This document shows, piece by piece, positions 11,104 to 24,742 of a stretch of DNA of 64,000 nucleotides. Source of the DNA: Ruditapes philippinarum (lineage: Eukaryota); NCBI RefSeq assembly GCF_026571515.1, contig NW_026865682.1, positions 124,001-188,000 of the forward strand. The letters run 5' to 3'. The position numbers and the translations under genes are program-made. The number at the start of each line of letters is the position of its first letter. Within the stretch, counting starts at the first letter, position 1. Below the pieces are notes generated by a model. The model worked only from the letters and a program-made list of their open reading frames with translations, had not been told where the DNA came from and searched no databases.

Positions 11104-11805
11104 TCATTTATGTTTATGCATATAATATATTCTATGCAGAGAAATATTGTTCAGATGAAAACGGCAACCCCTATTGACAAACACCATTCAGAAGACAAAG
11201 AGTATATTGCTGCTTAGATGTGTTGACCTGTAGTTTAAATTACTGTTTTGAGATGACATTACTTTAAAGAGGGCAGTATTGCAGATGCTCAGCATTGCAG
11301 ATGCTACTATTATTTACTTATTATTTCATGGATAGAGAAACACTTCTACCCAACAGTCATGAGGTGTTGTAAATACCTTACTTTCCAAGATAAGTTTCCT
11401 GCATATGTTGTAAATTAATGCTACTCATTTTTATATGGCATATCACAATCATAAATAGATTATTTACATGCTTACAGATGTTGTTGTTCACGTTTGTGCT
11501 ATATGCTGGTAATTATAATTTGCTTAGAGAAAAAATAAAATCCTACAACCTCATATGAATATGTGAATGCTAATATTTGATATTAAAATGTAAGCACGTA
11601 GCTTGAATATGTATGACATAAAATGTATGCTCTTTTTGATAAACACAATTACCTACGTAAGTTAGATAAATACTTCTGATTGACCGATCTTCTGCATTGT
11701 AAAAATGATCACCAGAATTTTAATAATTGATGAAACGTCAAGCCTATTGGTTTGAAAAAACTGTTATGATTATCAGGAAAACTGTATATCCGTCTGTTTT
11801 GATCT

Positions 11806-12565
11806 ATTATGTCGCTTGAAAAGGCGACCTATAGGGGTTACTTTTGTCGTCGGTGTCGGCGTCCCCTTAAGCTTGTCCGGAGCATAAGTCAATCATAATA
11901 AGTCTGATTGACTTCAAACTTGGTATGCATGCTTCTTATAATAATCCAAAGTGCAGTACACAAGAACCGGTACTCTGCACTTCTTAATTTTTTGAGTTAT
12001 TGCCATTTGTTAATTTTCATACTTTATTTTTGTCCGGGCCATTTCTCCTAATGTGAAAAAGCTATAGACTTGAAACTTCATTGGATGATAGATCTCATTA
12101 AGAATAAGTGCATAGCATAAGAACCGGTACTCTGCATTTCTTAAATTTTGAGTTATAGCCCTTTGTTAATTTTCATACTTTATTATTGTCCAGGCCATTT
12201 ATCCTAAAGTATAAAAGCTATGAACATGAAACTTCATAGGATGGTAGAACTTATTAAGAAGAAGTGCAATGCACAAGAACCGGTACTCTGCATTTCTTAT
12301 GTTTTTAGTTATTGCCCTTTGTTTATTTTCGTTCTTTATTTTTGTCCAGGCCATTTATCATATATTATAAAAGCTATAGACTTGAAACTTCATAGGATGA
12401 TAGATCTTATTGATAACAAGTGCAGTGCACAGAAACTGGTGCTCTGCACTTTTATTTTTTGAGTTTTTGCCCTTTGTTAATTTTTATATTTTATTTTTGT
12501 CCTGGCAATTTCTCCTAAACCTTATGTTCACAAGGCGACACATCCGACTCGCGGATTTCTAGTTA
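11806..12565 (+). mobile_element. HINE/pearl-type (Helentron-derived) non-autonomous element with ~4 internal repeats of 156-157 bp
   Basis: 5' hairpin GTCGCTTGAAAAGGCGAC, GTCG(G/T) microsatellite, repeats with GAACCGGTACTCTGCA at 11964, 12121, 12277 and ~12432, 3' subterminal AAGGCGACACAT plus hairpin ATCCGACTCGCGGAT and CTAGTT end. Absent from the paralogous flank at ~22840. Confidence 0.8.
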
Positions 12566-13358
12566 TTTTAAGTTTCAGTTTCTTTTTTTCCAATACGCAA
12601 AGTGATATACAAAGGGACCGATTTGTTCGACAAAATAATATATTTATTATTAATTCCCGTTTATATCTTATTGATTTGCCTAGAAATATGACTGCGCATT
12701 TTAAGTTTTCGTGTTTTGTTGTACTTTTTACAAGATAATATCATTTTCAGGGACATTTTAAATTTAAAATTTATTATTGACATGAATTACTGCGACTATT
12801 GTCACCATCCGAATCTTAGTGTTTTATGTCTTAATTCTTTCGCATCATTTCTTTTGACAAAAAAGTTACCAGACTGAGTTACATTGGTAACGTTTTAAAT
12901 ATCGTCCGCATAATCAAAGGCACAATACATGCACCGTTGTATTGGATACAAATACACTTATTGCACGTCGTCTGTCACATGACTAATATACCTATCTTCG
13001 ATTGTGAGTACTTTTTAATACATGTTCATCAGTAGACCGTCTGTTACACAATTCTTTCAGTACGAATGGTGTTTAAATATAAATGCAGGAATGGTGTTTA
13101 AATATGAATGCAACTAGAGAAATATCTCGCCTTATGTACGAACTAGTACATTAATCGCATATATTGTTGCGTAAGCTCTCAATTGATACAATACATGTGT
13201 AAATCAGTTCAGTCTAGTTTTGGCAAAAGCTCGATTAACGTTAAATACTCGTGTATACTAAAGCTAAAATGTTTGGGAAAAGTTTTTTCACTGACCAAAT
13301 ACGAATCTATATCAAGAACCGCTTTATTCTTAGTATACAAATGAAATACCTAATAAAA

Positions 13359-13542
13359 GACCGCCTCCGTGGTCGAGGAGTTAGAGTCGACGACTTCTAA
13401 TCCAGTTTCCTCTCTGGCGTGGGTTCGATCCCCGGGAGATGCTTTGGTAGTAAAGCGCGGGGTAAGGTTGTCTAGTACTGGTGTAACTCTCCAGGAACGA
13501 TGTTTAGGAAACTTTCCGCCTATAGACAAACAATCAAACAAA
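13359..13542 (+). mobile_element. tRNA-derived SINE (copy 1, 3' tail partly deleted)
   Basis: A-box-like TGGTCGAGGAG at ~13370, B-box GGTTCGATCCC at ~13422, (AAAC)n-like tail. A second copy is at 36744-36961 (-). Confidence 0.85.
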
Positions 13543-15751
13543 TATTTTTAATAAATGAAATATGTCGTGTTTATGGGAACAATGAACTTTCCTTTTCATC
13601 TGTCATGTCACATTGTGGTGTTAGAAATATAAAAGTGGTGTGGTTTCAGTAACTTATGCACCTCATCCGAAAACTTCAACTTTGGCAAAAAATGGTTGAA
13701 AAAAGTAATTGATTTAATTGTTACTGATTCAAGATTTACAACTAAAATTATAGCTAAATGTGCTCATATAATTCTCAGACGTGATTTAAAAATGAGAAAG
13801 GTAAGTGACAGATGGATACCCAATTTTCTTACAAAAAACTTGTTCGAGTAAGAATCTCCAAACAATTGTTGAAACAATTACGAGTTTAATTGGACACACA
13901 AGAGGTACACATTCTTTCTTTTTAACAAGAGTCGACCCTTTATTTTGTAAAGCTTTCAATGTGTATTTTCCTGTCAAACTTTTTTTTTCCTGAATATCAT
14001 GATATCTTACACATGTTCGTAATAGATTTTATCAAGTCAGTTCACTTTAAGAGCTTTTTGTCTAAGTTTTATCTAAAAACCTGTTCGATGACTTAAAGGT
14101 ATCGAACTTGGATTCTAATATTTAACTTATTCACATGTACAAACTCTTTTTTCTTTTAAGGCCTATCAAGTATAGTGATCGGCACGGAATGGCCAATAAA
14201 GACCCAGTATCGCCGTAAAACACACAAACAAAACAACAACAACAAAAACCCTTATAACACAAGTAAACTGAACTACAAATTTTTTTTTTAAAGAAGCATT
14301 TTACCTTACTATTCCAGAACAGTTTAAAACGAAATTGATTTTGAAAACGTCACATTTTCCACTTATTCAGTATGATAGGAGGTTTCTAAACATTTGCAGA
14401 TCTGTTGTAACATACAATCTACACGCTTCTTTGTATTCGAAAAGAAACAATTCTAAAACTTATGTAACATTAATGTCTTCAAATGTTTCGATGCATCTTT
14501 GACATCTCGAACTTATTTTCAATTTGCTATTATTTTGTTAACTTTAGATTCAGAGGATTTTAATTAACTGATTTTGCTGTTCTTGTTATTCCCGAGTTTT
14601 AATTTCTCCTAACAGTAAGCTTGTTCTTTTTGATATTAATTCTTGCTTAACATCATTATTTTATTAAAATATAGTCAATATTAATTTAATTTTCATCCCG
14701 TGGTACCATATTAATTACATTTTATGATTTAATTTGTTTTTGGAACACCTGTCTAATCTTTTCATTAAAGTTAATGTCTTTTCAAAAAGCAAAACCTTCA
14801 CGTTCATGTGAAATTAAATTTCTATTAAATACACGATTGCTACTAGTAGATAAATGAATATTGAGAGTCGAATGTATGCAACATATTAATATGTTTGAAC
14901 AAATTATTTGCCGTGCGGGGCATTATGCGTTGCTACCACCTATAATGTGTCCAATCAAATTTGAATATTTCATTTTTCATCAAGTTTAATAGTTATTATG
15001 GTAAAATTATCTAAATCATTATGATCACGTTTACCCTTGAGCATATTTGTTTTGGCCGAAGACTAGCTAACGTCAGTTTAACTTCCAGTAAAACTTACAG
15101 GTCTGGAAAGAACTGTTTATAGGAAGAATTTTCATTGGTAATTTTAAATTACAAATTGAAATCTAAGAATCACATTGACAGTTCCAAGATAAAATGTAAA
15201 GGATAGTTCTTTTCATTCTAAAATACAATTCAGAGGATAGTTGTTGCCATTATGCAATAAAACGTAATGGACAGTTCTAAAAAAAGTGTACAGGATACAT
15301 CAAAAACAAAATTTAAGTCACACGTAAAAAAATGAAAAAGGCGCATCTGAAAATATACTCTAAATATAAAAGTTGTCCTACTTCGAAGAAACATCTCTAT
15401 GCTTATAATAAAATTTCTATGTTTCCAAAAGGATATTTTTTTAGCTATAAGAAATTATCATGTCATTGTTAAGCAAGCAATGGTAACATTTCTATATGTA
15501 TCGAAAGCTTAGAAATAACATATGCAAGTTTTACCAGTTTTTCGGCTGAGTTTCATTTTTAAAGATACATGTATTTCTTGTTTCGAAAAAAATAATATGG
15601 TTATAATGTTAAAATATTGTTTTTTCCTTTAAATTACGTTTTAACTAGACGTGACGTCCATTTCGAAATGGTTGCGCTTATAATGAAGTCATTTAAGGTT
15701 CGTCTCACAATAAGGATAATTTTTAATTGTTCTCAGTTACTAAACACTGTT

Positions 15752-17718
15752 TTTTTAGCTCACCTGAGCATGCTCAGGGTGAGCTTTTAGGATCGATGAT
15801 TGTCCGTCGTCCTTCGTCCGTCCGTCGTCCGTCGTCCGTCCGTCCGTTCACATTTTGTTGTTAACACTCTAGCGGTCGCATTTTTGCCTCAATCATCATC
15901 AAACTTAGTCAGGATGCTTATCTAGTTGATAGCTCGGATGAGTTTGAACATGGGTGATCTCGGATGAAAAACTAGGTCAAAAGAGCTAAAAATAGAAAAA
16001 CCTTGTTAACACTCTAGAGGTCACATTTTTGCCTCAATCATCATCAAACTTGGTCTGGATGTTTGTCTGGGTAATAGCTCGGATGAGTTCGAACATGGGT
16101 CATCTCGGATGAAAAAGTAGGTCACCGGAGCTATAAATAGAAAAACCTTGTTAACACTCCAGCGGTCACATTTTTGCCTCAATCATCATCAAACTTGGTC
16201 AAGATGCTTGTCTAGTTGATAGCTAGGATGAGTTCGAACAGGGGTCATCTCGGATGAAAAACTAGGTCACCGGAGCTAAAAATAGAAAAACCTTGTTAAC
16301 ACTCTAACGGTCACAATTTTGCCTCAAACATCATCATACTTTGTCATGATGTTTGTCTAGGTGATAGCTTGGATGAGATCGAACATGGGTCATCTCGGAT
16401 GAAAAACTAGGTCACCGGAGCTAAAAATAGAAAAACCTTGTTAACACTCTAGCGGTCACATTTTGGCATCAATCATCATCAAATTTTGTCAGGAAGCTTG
16501 TCTAGGTGATAGCTCGGATGAGTTCGAACATGGGTCATCTCGGATGAAAAAGTAGGTCACTGGAGCTAAAAATAGAAAAACCTTGTTAACACTCTAGCGG
16601 TCACATTTTTGCACCAATCATCATCAAACTTAGTCAATATGCTTGTCTAGGTGATAGCTTGGATGAGTTCGAACATGGGTCATCTCGAATGAAAAAGTAG
16701 GTCACCGGAGCTAAAAATAGAAAAACTTTGTAAACACACTAGCGGTCACATTTTTGCCTCAATCATCATCAAACTTGGTCAGGATGCTTGTCTAGGTGAT
16801 AGCTTGCATGAGTTCAAACATGGGTCATCTCGGATGAAAAACTAGGTCACCGGAGCTAAAAATAGAAAAACCTTGTTAACACTCCAGCGGTCACATTTTT
16901 GCCTCAATCATCATCAAACTTGGTCAGGATGCTTATCTATTTGATAGCTCGGATGAGATCGAACATGGGTCATTTCGGATGAAAAACTAGGTCACAAGAG
17001 TTAAAAATAGAAAAACCTTGTTAACACTCTAGCGGTCACAATTTTGCCTCAATCATCATCAAACTTGGTCAGGATGTTTGTCTAGTTGATAGCTTGAATG
17101 AGTTTGAACATTGGTCATCTCGGATGAAAATCTAGGTCACAGGAGCTAAAAATAGAAAAATCTTGTTAACACTCTAGTGGCTACTGTTTTGATCCAAATA
17201 TCCTGTAAATTGGTCTGAAAGTTTGTTTTGATGATTTCTAAGTCAAGTTCGAACATGGGTCATTTTGGATGAAAAACTAGGTCACACCGTCCAAATATTG
17301 AAAAACCTTGTTAACATTCTAGTGGTCACATTTTCGACTCAATTATCATCAAACTTGGTCAGGATGCTTGTCTAGGTAATTGCTCGGATGAGTTCGAAAT
17401 CGCATGTGAAACTAGGTCACCGGAGCTAAAAATAGAAAAATCTTGTTAACACTCTAGTTGCTACTGTTTTGATCCAAGTATCCTGGAAATTGGTCTGAAA
17501 GTTTGTTTTGATGCTTTCTAGGTAAAGTTTGAATATGGGTCACCTGGGTAAAAAACTAGGTCACACTGCTCAAATATAGATAATCCTTGTTAACACTGTA
17601 GTGGTCACATTTTTGACTCACCTGTCATGAGACTTGGTCAGAATGCTTGTCTAGATAATTGTTTGGATGAGTTTGATGGATCAGGTGAGCGATCTAGGGC
17701 CATCATGTCCCTCTTGTT
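15752..17718 (+). mobile_element. HINE/pearl-type (Helentron-derived) element carrying a 145-bp tandem array (~12.6 units)
   Basis: 5' T-run plus palindrome AGCTCACCTGAGCATGCTCAGGGTGAGCT; (GTCC/CGTC)n microsatellite at ~15800-15847; units starting at 15861, 16006, 16151 ... ~17590; 3' subterminal inverted repeat TCAGGTGAGC (17681-90), hairpin AGGGCCATCATGTCCCT, CTTGTT end. Confidence 0.9.
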
Positions 17719-19774
17719 TATTTACATACTGATAAACTTTTACTGTTATTAGGAATATGAGAAAAGCAAATGAAAAACAATAAAGTAAGCAATTTCACTC
17801 ACAAACAATGACGTGTTATAACTACCGTCAATTAAAACTATTTGAAGCGAAATGCCATTTTATTTATTTTAGCACACAGTTAATCTCAAAATTCGGTTGA
17901 TATTCTGTCGTTTTTAAAACATTGCAATGTAGTGACTTGATATGATAAGACTGGGCAAATACCGTTCAATCGAATATCTAAAATACCAATATGCGCCGTA
18001 GGGAAACGGGAACGATGAAGGATCTGTATATTCAAACTGAAAATTGTATTCGCCTTTGACCCCCGTGCGTATACAAGTAAACAAAATAAGAAGATAAGAT
18101 CACAGTACTAGTGTCTTTAATTCGCAAAGAACTGATAAATTTTGTTCATGTCAGAGCAGAGATATAGTGCTAATTACCATTGAAAGGATTTCATGATTAA
18201 TCATAAAAAAGTGACATACGGTTGCGAGAAAAATGTAAATAATACCTTAGCCATATATGATTACGGTTACAAGATTAAGCAACATGATTTACGCCCATAC
18301 TCTTTAAGAACTTATAGTACTCTTTAAAACAAGAAATGTTCTTGTTTTTAAAGTTTTGCATTATGTCGGCAATGGATTCGGGACAATTTTCAACAGAGAC
18401 TTACCGTAGAGAAATAAAAAAAATGCCATAGATCATATTTTAAAGAATTGAGACAATTCAATTGCAAAAAGGGGTTTTAGGGGAACACGTAGCAGAATGT
18501 AATTAAGTCATACTTTTATATGTTTTATTTCAATAACAAATGGTATTTTTCAAAGTTTAAACTAACTGATTGCTTAAAGAAAGTTAACTTAAATTATAAC
18601 ATTGTTATAACTCACATGTAGCAACGCATTTAAGGCCTACTTACTATAATAGTGTTTGGCAAAACATCAGTGCCACCGTTAAACACAAACAAACAAAATG
18701 AACAGCGAATGAACTTTTAAAAGTCAAACAGGCTTATTTTCAGTGATTTTATATTTTTCTGGTCCTTCGGAATCAATGATTTCAGCTCTTTAAAGTGTTG
18801 CAAAGAATGAGTACCGCTCAATCCAGTTCTAGGAGGCGTGATTTTGCATGTTTCAATTATGCTTCATGTAAAGACTCAATCAAACCGAGTTTGTAATTTT
18901 ACTGAATTTAACTAATGCTTCCGAGGGATAAACCTTTCTTCAGATATTAATCCATTTGACAAATTTAGCAGGTCAATGCTTTAGACTTTAGATGACTATA
19001 GAGAATGCAGAGTTGTTAAGTGATAACAATGTCTGACTGCAACTACATATTGGAAAAAAAACAAAAGAAACACCACTCTGTTTAGCTAAAGTCGCTTAGT
19101 AGTATCTTTGTTTCCGAAAAGACTTTAATAATTGTTTTTGCTGAATAATATTTAGAGCAAAGTGTTTTATGTTTGTCTGGTTTTCCGATTTTATCACAAA
19201 TATTCCCTATTACCTTTATATATTGCATTTTGTTCCAATGAAACATTAATTAAGAATGTTATTTCTTTAAAACAATTTGCTTTAGATAGTTATACTTAAA
19301 TATGTAAGAGAAGATGCCCCCACCTTTACCCTTAATAATGATGTGATTAAAAATTACTGTAACATTTATTTTATTCTACCTGTGCAAGTGCCATATGATC
19401 TGGATTCATACAATTTGGATCCATATTTTACCTGATTATTTTACTCTTCACGAAATAATACCATTAATTTAGCAGGCAATAATTTAAAAATTATGCATCT
19501 AAAAGGGATCGAATGTGTTTCCCTTTTACAGATGTATGCAGTCATCAATTATTTGGTCTTATGTCGGCGGTTGATCCACCTAACTGACTGACCTCTTTGG
19601 ATAATAACATTTACTTCGCAAATGTCCCGGTAAACCTACATGTAAATTAAAATGTTATAAAACCTGGGTAACAATATATGGTGCTATCAATGTAACGTAT
19701 AGTTGATAATAACATGTTACAGATGTGTTGATTATGTACTGAAATGACCATTGAATACTAATTATCGTGTATTA

Positions 19775-19876
19775 GTTATTATAGAAAGGACAATTATAAG
19801 TAAACTCCGATTATACCTCAAGCGTATTCGCTGAAGTTCTTACGGTCATGTGAAGCTCATCTTCGGAAAGGTAGGA
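19775..19876 (+). promoter_or_regulatory. Putative core promoter / non-coding first exon of receptor 2, splice donor after 19870
   Basis: TATA-like TTATAGAAAG at ~19779; CTCATCTTCGGAAAG|GTAGGA shared with the paralog. Confidence 0.5.
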
Positions 19877-21237
19877 TTTTTTGTGTTTCTTTTTTCGTAT
19901 ATTTTTACCTTTCTTATAGCATTTCCAATTCGGAGACTTGTTTTTGCATGCTTGTTTCTTTCACTAAAATATATTGATATTTGGACTACTCGTATATGGC
20001 ATTAATTTGCCTTGACAAACATTTCTTCCATTACGATCACTTGTTTAGATGATGCGGTATTATTTTTATTATTTTTATTGTAATTGATATAAAAATAGAT
20101 ACTTCTAAATTTATTTCTAATGCAACGTGCTGTTTACATGAAGCTATTAACATTAGCTGCAATTCAGTCTACTAGTATATAAACATTTACATTCTAAAAC
20201 AAAATATTATCACTGACAAGACAATGCTACAGAATCTAGATGCAATTCGCCTAGAATCAGAACTGTTCAAATTATAAGTTGATGTATCGCGACCATGTTC
20301 AATGAAACATGCTAATCGCCCTTACCTAAGTTGGTCTCGAAACTACAGTTTTGTATATATTTTCACAAAACATAATCACTCGATCACTTTTTCAATTAAT
20401 TGGACTTGCATCTCTACGTTGGAAGACATTTATTTTAATTCAGATATGTATATATAAGTGTCGCTTATGTAAACAATATACCCGTTTTTTGTCAATTGAT
20501 GATTTTTTTTACAACTTAGTAATACCTAGCGACTCGGGTACACTAGATTATCAATAGTTTATAAAAAGTCATATAACTTAAGTTCGCTTATTTATTTGTG
20601 AATCGGTGGTATGAAAGTTCCTCCATAATCAATTTGTTATTAAATTGGAGTTCTGAAAGGGACAGAAAAAATCGACATGGTAATTATAGGAAATATTGTT
20701 TTAAATAAGACGTTTAGTTATTGCAATGCATCTTTAATTTTTGTTTGTTCATGATCTTTTAGCATGCGAACAGACAAGAATGGGCTCTAAAGTCATTGGC
20801 GAAGTGGTTAGCAAACCTGCCTTCGGCATTTACAATCCAAACTCGATTCATCAACATGGCTTATCAGGTCAGTTGACGTCTTCGGAGGAAGCTATAATAC
20901 AAGTTAACTTGAAAACCGTGATATAAGCTGCACGGAAGATCAAAAAATTCTATTTAATAGTATTCACTGGCATTATGTTTGTAGTAATCGCACTTAAGAA
21001 AATGGTGTTTCTTTCCTTTCTACATTTCGGTGATAAGTGATAGGAGGATTTAAGTTTGGTGTGTATATACTTTTAGCTGATTAGCTTTCAATAACGGTAC
21101 AAACGGACATTATGGAACATTGACGATTTGGTTATTTCTTTTTAAACAAAAATTGGAAAATACTGTTATGCAATGTTTCCTTTTTTGTAAAATTAATTTA
21201 TCCAATTATTGTATTAGAGTAATTAGTAAAATAATTC

Positions 21238-22218
21238 ATGATGAGTAACAACAGTAGTGTATCTGACGTCATGTTGAATAGTACTAATTTAAATTATATA
21301 GATTTTAAAGATGACTCATTGATAATAAGACTGAGTGTTATCAGTTGTTCAGCACTTTATTTGTTGTTTGCTTGCATTGTAATCTTTGCAATGCTGAAAA
21401 CCAAACGTATTCCTTATATGGCAAGATTTCTTTCAATAGTGTTGTTGCAATCCTATGCCGCTATGTCATTTATAAATATAGCTAGGAGAATAATCAACTA
21501 TGAAAATCAAGTGTTTGTTAGTGTAACAGTATATGGAGTAGGACTCCGAATGGTAAGTTACGTAGTTATCGCCATTCTGTTAGTTGATAGGGCTATTGTT
21601 ATACAGTTCCCATTCTTCTACATACGTCATTGCCAAAGGTTAGTAAGGATGAAATTCATTGTTATTTTCATTTGCTTTGTGGTGTTCGTAGGATTTGTAT
21701 CAGGCATGATTTGGAGCTGCAACCTTTCTTCACCAATAAACGTTTACCAGAAGTTCACATGCTTTAAAGAATTATCACCTCCATTTATTGGTCCTATACT
21801 TGGAGCAACAGTACCTATCACATGTATTTGTTTATCAACTATTTGGAGAGTTGTCTGTCAAAAGTCAAGAACTCTTAAAACCAAAAGTATCTTCAGGTTA
21901 TTCAAAACAACATTTGCTATATCACTAAATGGTGTAAGTTTCCTAATCTACGTTGTGTTTTATGTCATTGCAGTGGCTACAATTGACTCAATGCAGCTTA
22001 TGCTGTTTATTTTTGAAGTGATTGTTACCATTGCCGCTGTGACAGACACTTTCATTTTTGCACTTTGTTTTAAGGAATGTCGCTTAGAACTGTTAAAGAT
22101 AGCGTCGGTGTGTTTCCCCAAGGTTTATCAAAGAGCAGAGAGCCTTAGGTATACCGTGTTCAACATTCAAATTGCGGATAATGTGGTTCGAAAGCACAAA
22201 CACAAGTCGTTTAAATGA
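21238..22218 (+). CDS. Orphan seven-transmembrane receptor paralog 2, 326 aa
   Basis: Ungapped ~81% aa identity to 10123-11103, with the same 7TM pattern (DRAIVIQFPFFY, DTFIF, FKECRLELLK). The reading frame is intact while the flanks carry many indels. Confidence 0.88.
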   Translation: MMSNNSSVSDVMLNSTNLNYIDFKDDSLIIRLSVISCSALYLLFACIVIFAMLKTKRIPYMARFLSIVLLQSYAAMSFINIARRIINYENQVFVSVTVYGVGLRMVSYVVIAILLVDRAIVIQFPFFYIRHCQRLVRMKFIVIFICFVVFVGFVSGMIWSCNLSSPINVYQKFTCFKELSPPFIGPILGATVPITCICLSTIWRVVCQKSRTLKTKSIFRLFKTTFAISLNGVSFLIYVVFYVIAVATIDSMQLMLFIFEVIVTIAAVTDTFIFALCFKECRLELLKIASVCFPKVYQRAESLRYTVFNIQIADNVVRKHKHKSFK

Positions 22219-24616
22219 ATATGTAAGTTTGTGCATATGATATATTCTCTACAGAAGGCAAGCGCAACCTCTGCTGTTCAACACCATCCGGAAGACAAAT
22301 AGTGTATTGCTGTTGTGTTGACCCAAAGAAATAAAATGTAGCCTAAATTGCCGATTTTGAGATGATAGTACTTTATAGAGAGCAGAATCGCAGAGGCTAT
22401 AAATATTGATATATAATGACATGCTAAAACGTTTCGATCCAACAATTATCGGATCATAACATTTATCTACAGAAGTTGTAAATACCAAGCTTTAAAGTAT
22501 TAGTTTCCTTTATATGTGCTCATGCTATTCAGTTTTATATGGCATATAACAATCACAAGTATATTATTGCTTGCTTACAAGTGTTGTTTTTCACGTTAAT
22601 GCTGTACCCTGATAATAGTATTTTGCTATTAAAAGGCAAAACATTCAGAAATAAATACAAATTAAATACTACCTTATATGAAAATGTGAATTTCAATGTA
22701 AATATTTTAAATTAAAACGTAAGCATGCAGTTTAAGCATTAAATGTATGCTCTTTGTAATAAATACAATAAAAAGTGTGACATTTTTCAACAGAAAATAA
22801 AGTAAGAATACATAAACTGTGCTTTCATGTGTTTTGATCTATATACGAAAAACATTTTGTTATAAACATTTTTTACGTTTTCAATTTTACTTAATACGCA
22901 AAGTGATGTCAAAATGAAATACCTTGTTCAACAATATGTATGCCTTTCCGATATGTCTATTTTATATCTTATTAAATTGCCTACAAATACAACTGTGCAA
23001 AGAGTAAATCTTCTACATTCTAAGTTTTCGTGTAGTTTTTTACAAAATAACAACAACGAAAATAAATTACTACGACGATTGTCACCATCTGATTCTTAGT
23101 GTTTTAAGTCTTCAACATTTTGCATCATTTCTGTTGACAAAAACATACAAGACTGAATTAAATTGGTAACGTATTAAACATCGTCCGGAAAATCAAAAGT
23201 ACAATATATATATACACACTGTGAATGGTATTTATTATACGAATGATTAAACTTTAACACATCGTTGTCTTGGATACAATAAACAATTTTGCACGTTTAG
23301 TATATGACTATTATTATTATGATAACCATTTCCCAAGTTCTACAGAAAAAAATATTAATGTAATAAAGAGTTTTCAACAAAACAATGATATGTTAAATGG
23401 TTTTTATCGAATGAGCAATAAATAATATTACATAGAAATTGTATGATAAACAACTCTTATCTGTACAAAAGTTGTATACCTATATTTGTATTCTCCCCTC
23501 CATTGTGTGTACAAAGCGAGTTAATCATGCAATCTTCCATACATGTTCAGTAGTAGAGCGCGAGTTAGCCTTACCTGTAACACAATATTTTCAGTACTCA
23601 AGTGTAGAAAGCACTTGTTTGATTTGTCATCTTTTGGCGTAAGCATGTTTATTTCTATCGACAGCTGCAGGGTATTTGTAGCACATTTCTTGCAAAAGTG
23701 TTGAGCACATCGTATAATCGTAAACAAGGCTGTTGACAAAAACAACAACACAAACTACGGCGCCAATGTTTGTAATATTTTTATGTACCACAATAGATGG
23801 CGGTATAAAACTCTGTTTGGTTTTAATAGCATCCTAAAGTTTAGTACAAAGCGAGTCTACGATTCCTTAGTCCTCGCCCAGAATCATTCTTAGTACTAAT
23901 TAAGAGCAGGACAATTTCAAGCTTTACCTTTTAAGACTTCGGATGGAAAAAAAAAATCATTTGTTCTCTGCTTATAGACGGTATTTGATTCTATCCTCCA
24001 TTGCAACGTTTGCGTTTTTTGCCTGGCCACCGTTATGTTACACGCACACTTTATCCCAAATTTACAATATGTACTAGATATATAAATAAATTCAGGAAAC
24101 AGAATTGAATAACGAAATCATTAATTATATACATTTTGAATAAAAACAAATAAATAAATGAATAATTCAGACATATTGCATGCGTTATTAATACATGGAA
24201 CATGATGTTGTTACGTTTTTTATTTTAAATTACATATATGTCTTTTCGGCAAAATGTTGAGTAATCAAATATTTCCATCTTTATATTTTTTATATTATAT
24301 ATCATAATGATAAAGTATTTCATGGTAGGTGATTTGTGTTGTGTAGTTTGTTTGCTCCGCCATTTAATTTTTAGGTTTCGAATGGCGGCCCACAAAGCAG
24401 AGGACGACAAAGCGCCCATTAAATCGTAATTTCGTGTTTTAGCTTGGCGCCTGCAGAGCGGCGAATATACGACATGGAACAAATCAGAAACAACAATATG
24501 TTCAATGTTTATTGTTTGCTTTATTAATAATAATAAGGGAATAAAACGCATCAACCAAGCAGCCATTGCAATACTTCTTAATATTGTGTTTAAGCAATAA
24601 GAAATAATACATAGAG

Positions 24617-24742
24617 TACTACTACTATTTACTACTACTACTTACTACTACTATTTACTACTACTACTTACTACTACTATTTACTACTGCTACTTACTAC
24701 TACTTCTTACTACTACTACTACTACTAATAACAATAATAATA
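24617..24742. repeat. (TAC)n microsatellite with ~26-bp higher-order unit, ending in (TAA)n
   Basis: TACTACTACTATTTACTACTACTACT repeated ~3x, then pure TAC and TAA runs. Confidence 0.9.

Larger units (their letters stand above)
6770..13065 (+). repeat. Segmental duplication copy 1 (receptor gene 1 unit), paralogous to 18700-23600
   Basis: Colinear blocks upstream, within and downstream of the CDS: 6783~18708, 7597~19685, 8100~20120, 9670~20767, 12592~22893, 13021~23542. Confidence 0.9.
18700..23600 (+). repeat. Segmental duplication copy 2 (receptor gene 2 unit)
   Basis: Colinear with 6770-13065 apart from element insertions. Confidence 0.9.

Noticed and set aside
12220-12462. 80-aa ORF with internal repeat (also 34265-34447)
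   Set aside because: Read-through of HINE internal tandem repeats.
13359-13440. tRNA gene
   Set aside because: A/B boxes are present but continue into a SINE body and tail, with a diverged second copy inserted in a retrotransposon; no convincing cloverleaf.
13786-13977. Minus-strand ORF containing KECVPL, reminiscent of receptor helix 8 (KECRLE)
   Set aside because: Only a 3-residue match, with no upstream TM7-like segment.
14157-14245. Short segments ending in (AAAC)n, also ~6740-6772, ~18630-18698, ~26609-26687 and ~25538-25600 (-)
   Set aside because: Probably 3' tails of truncated SINEs/LINEs; too short and diverged to annotate individually.
15861-17680. Regular repeat array as CRISPR or coding repeat
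   Set aside because: Units are contiguous 145-bp monomers without unique spacers, not a multiple of 3, with no cas genes; the array is bounded by HINE termini in eukaryotic DNA.
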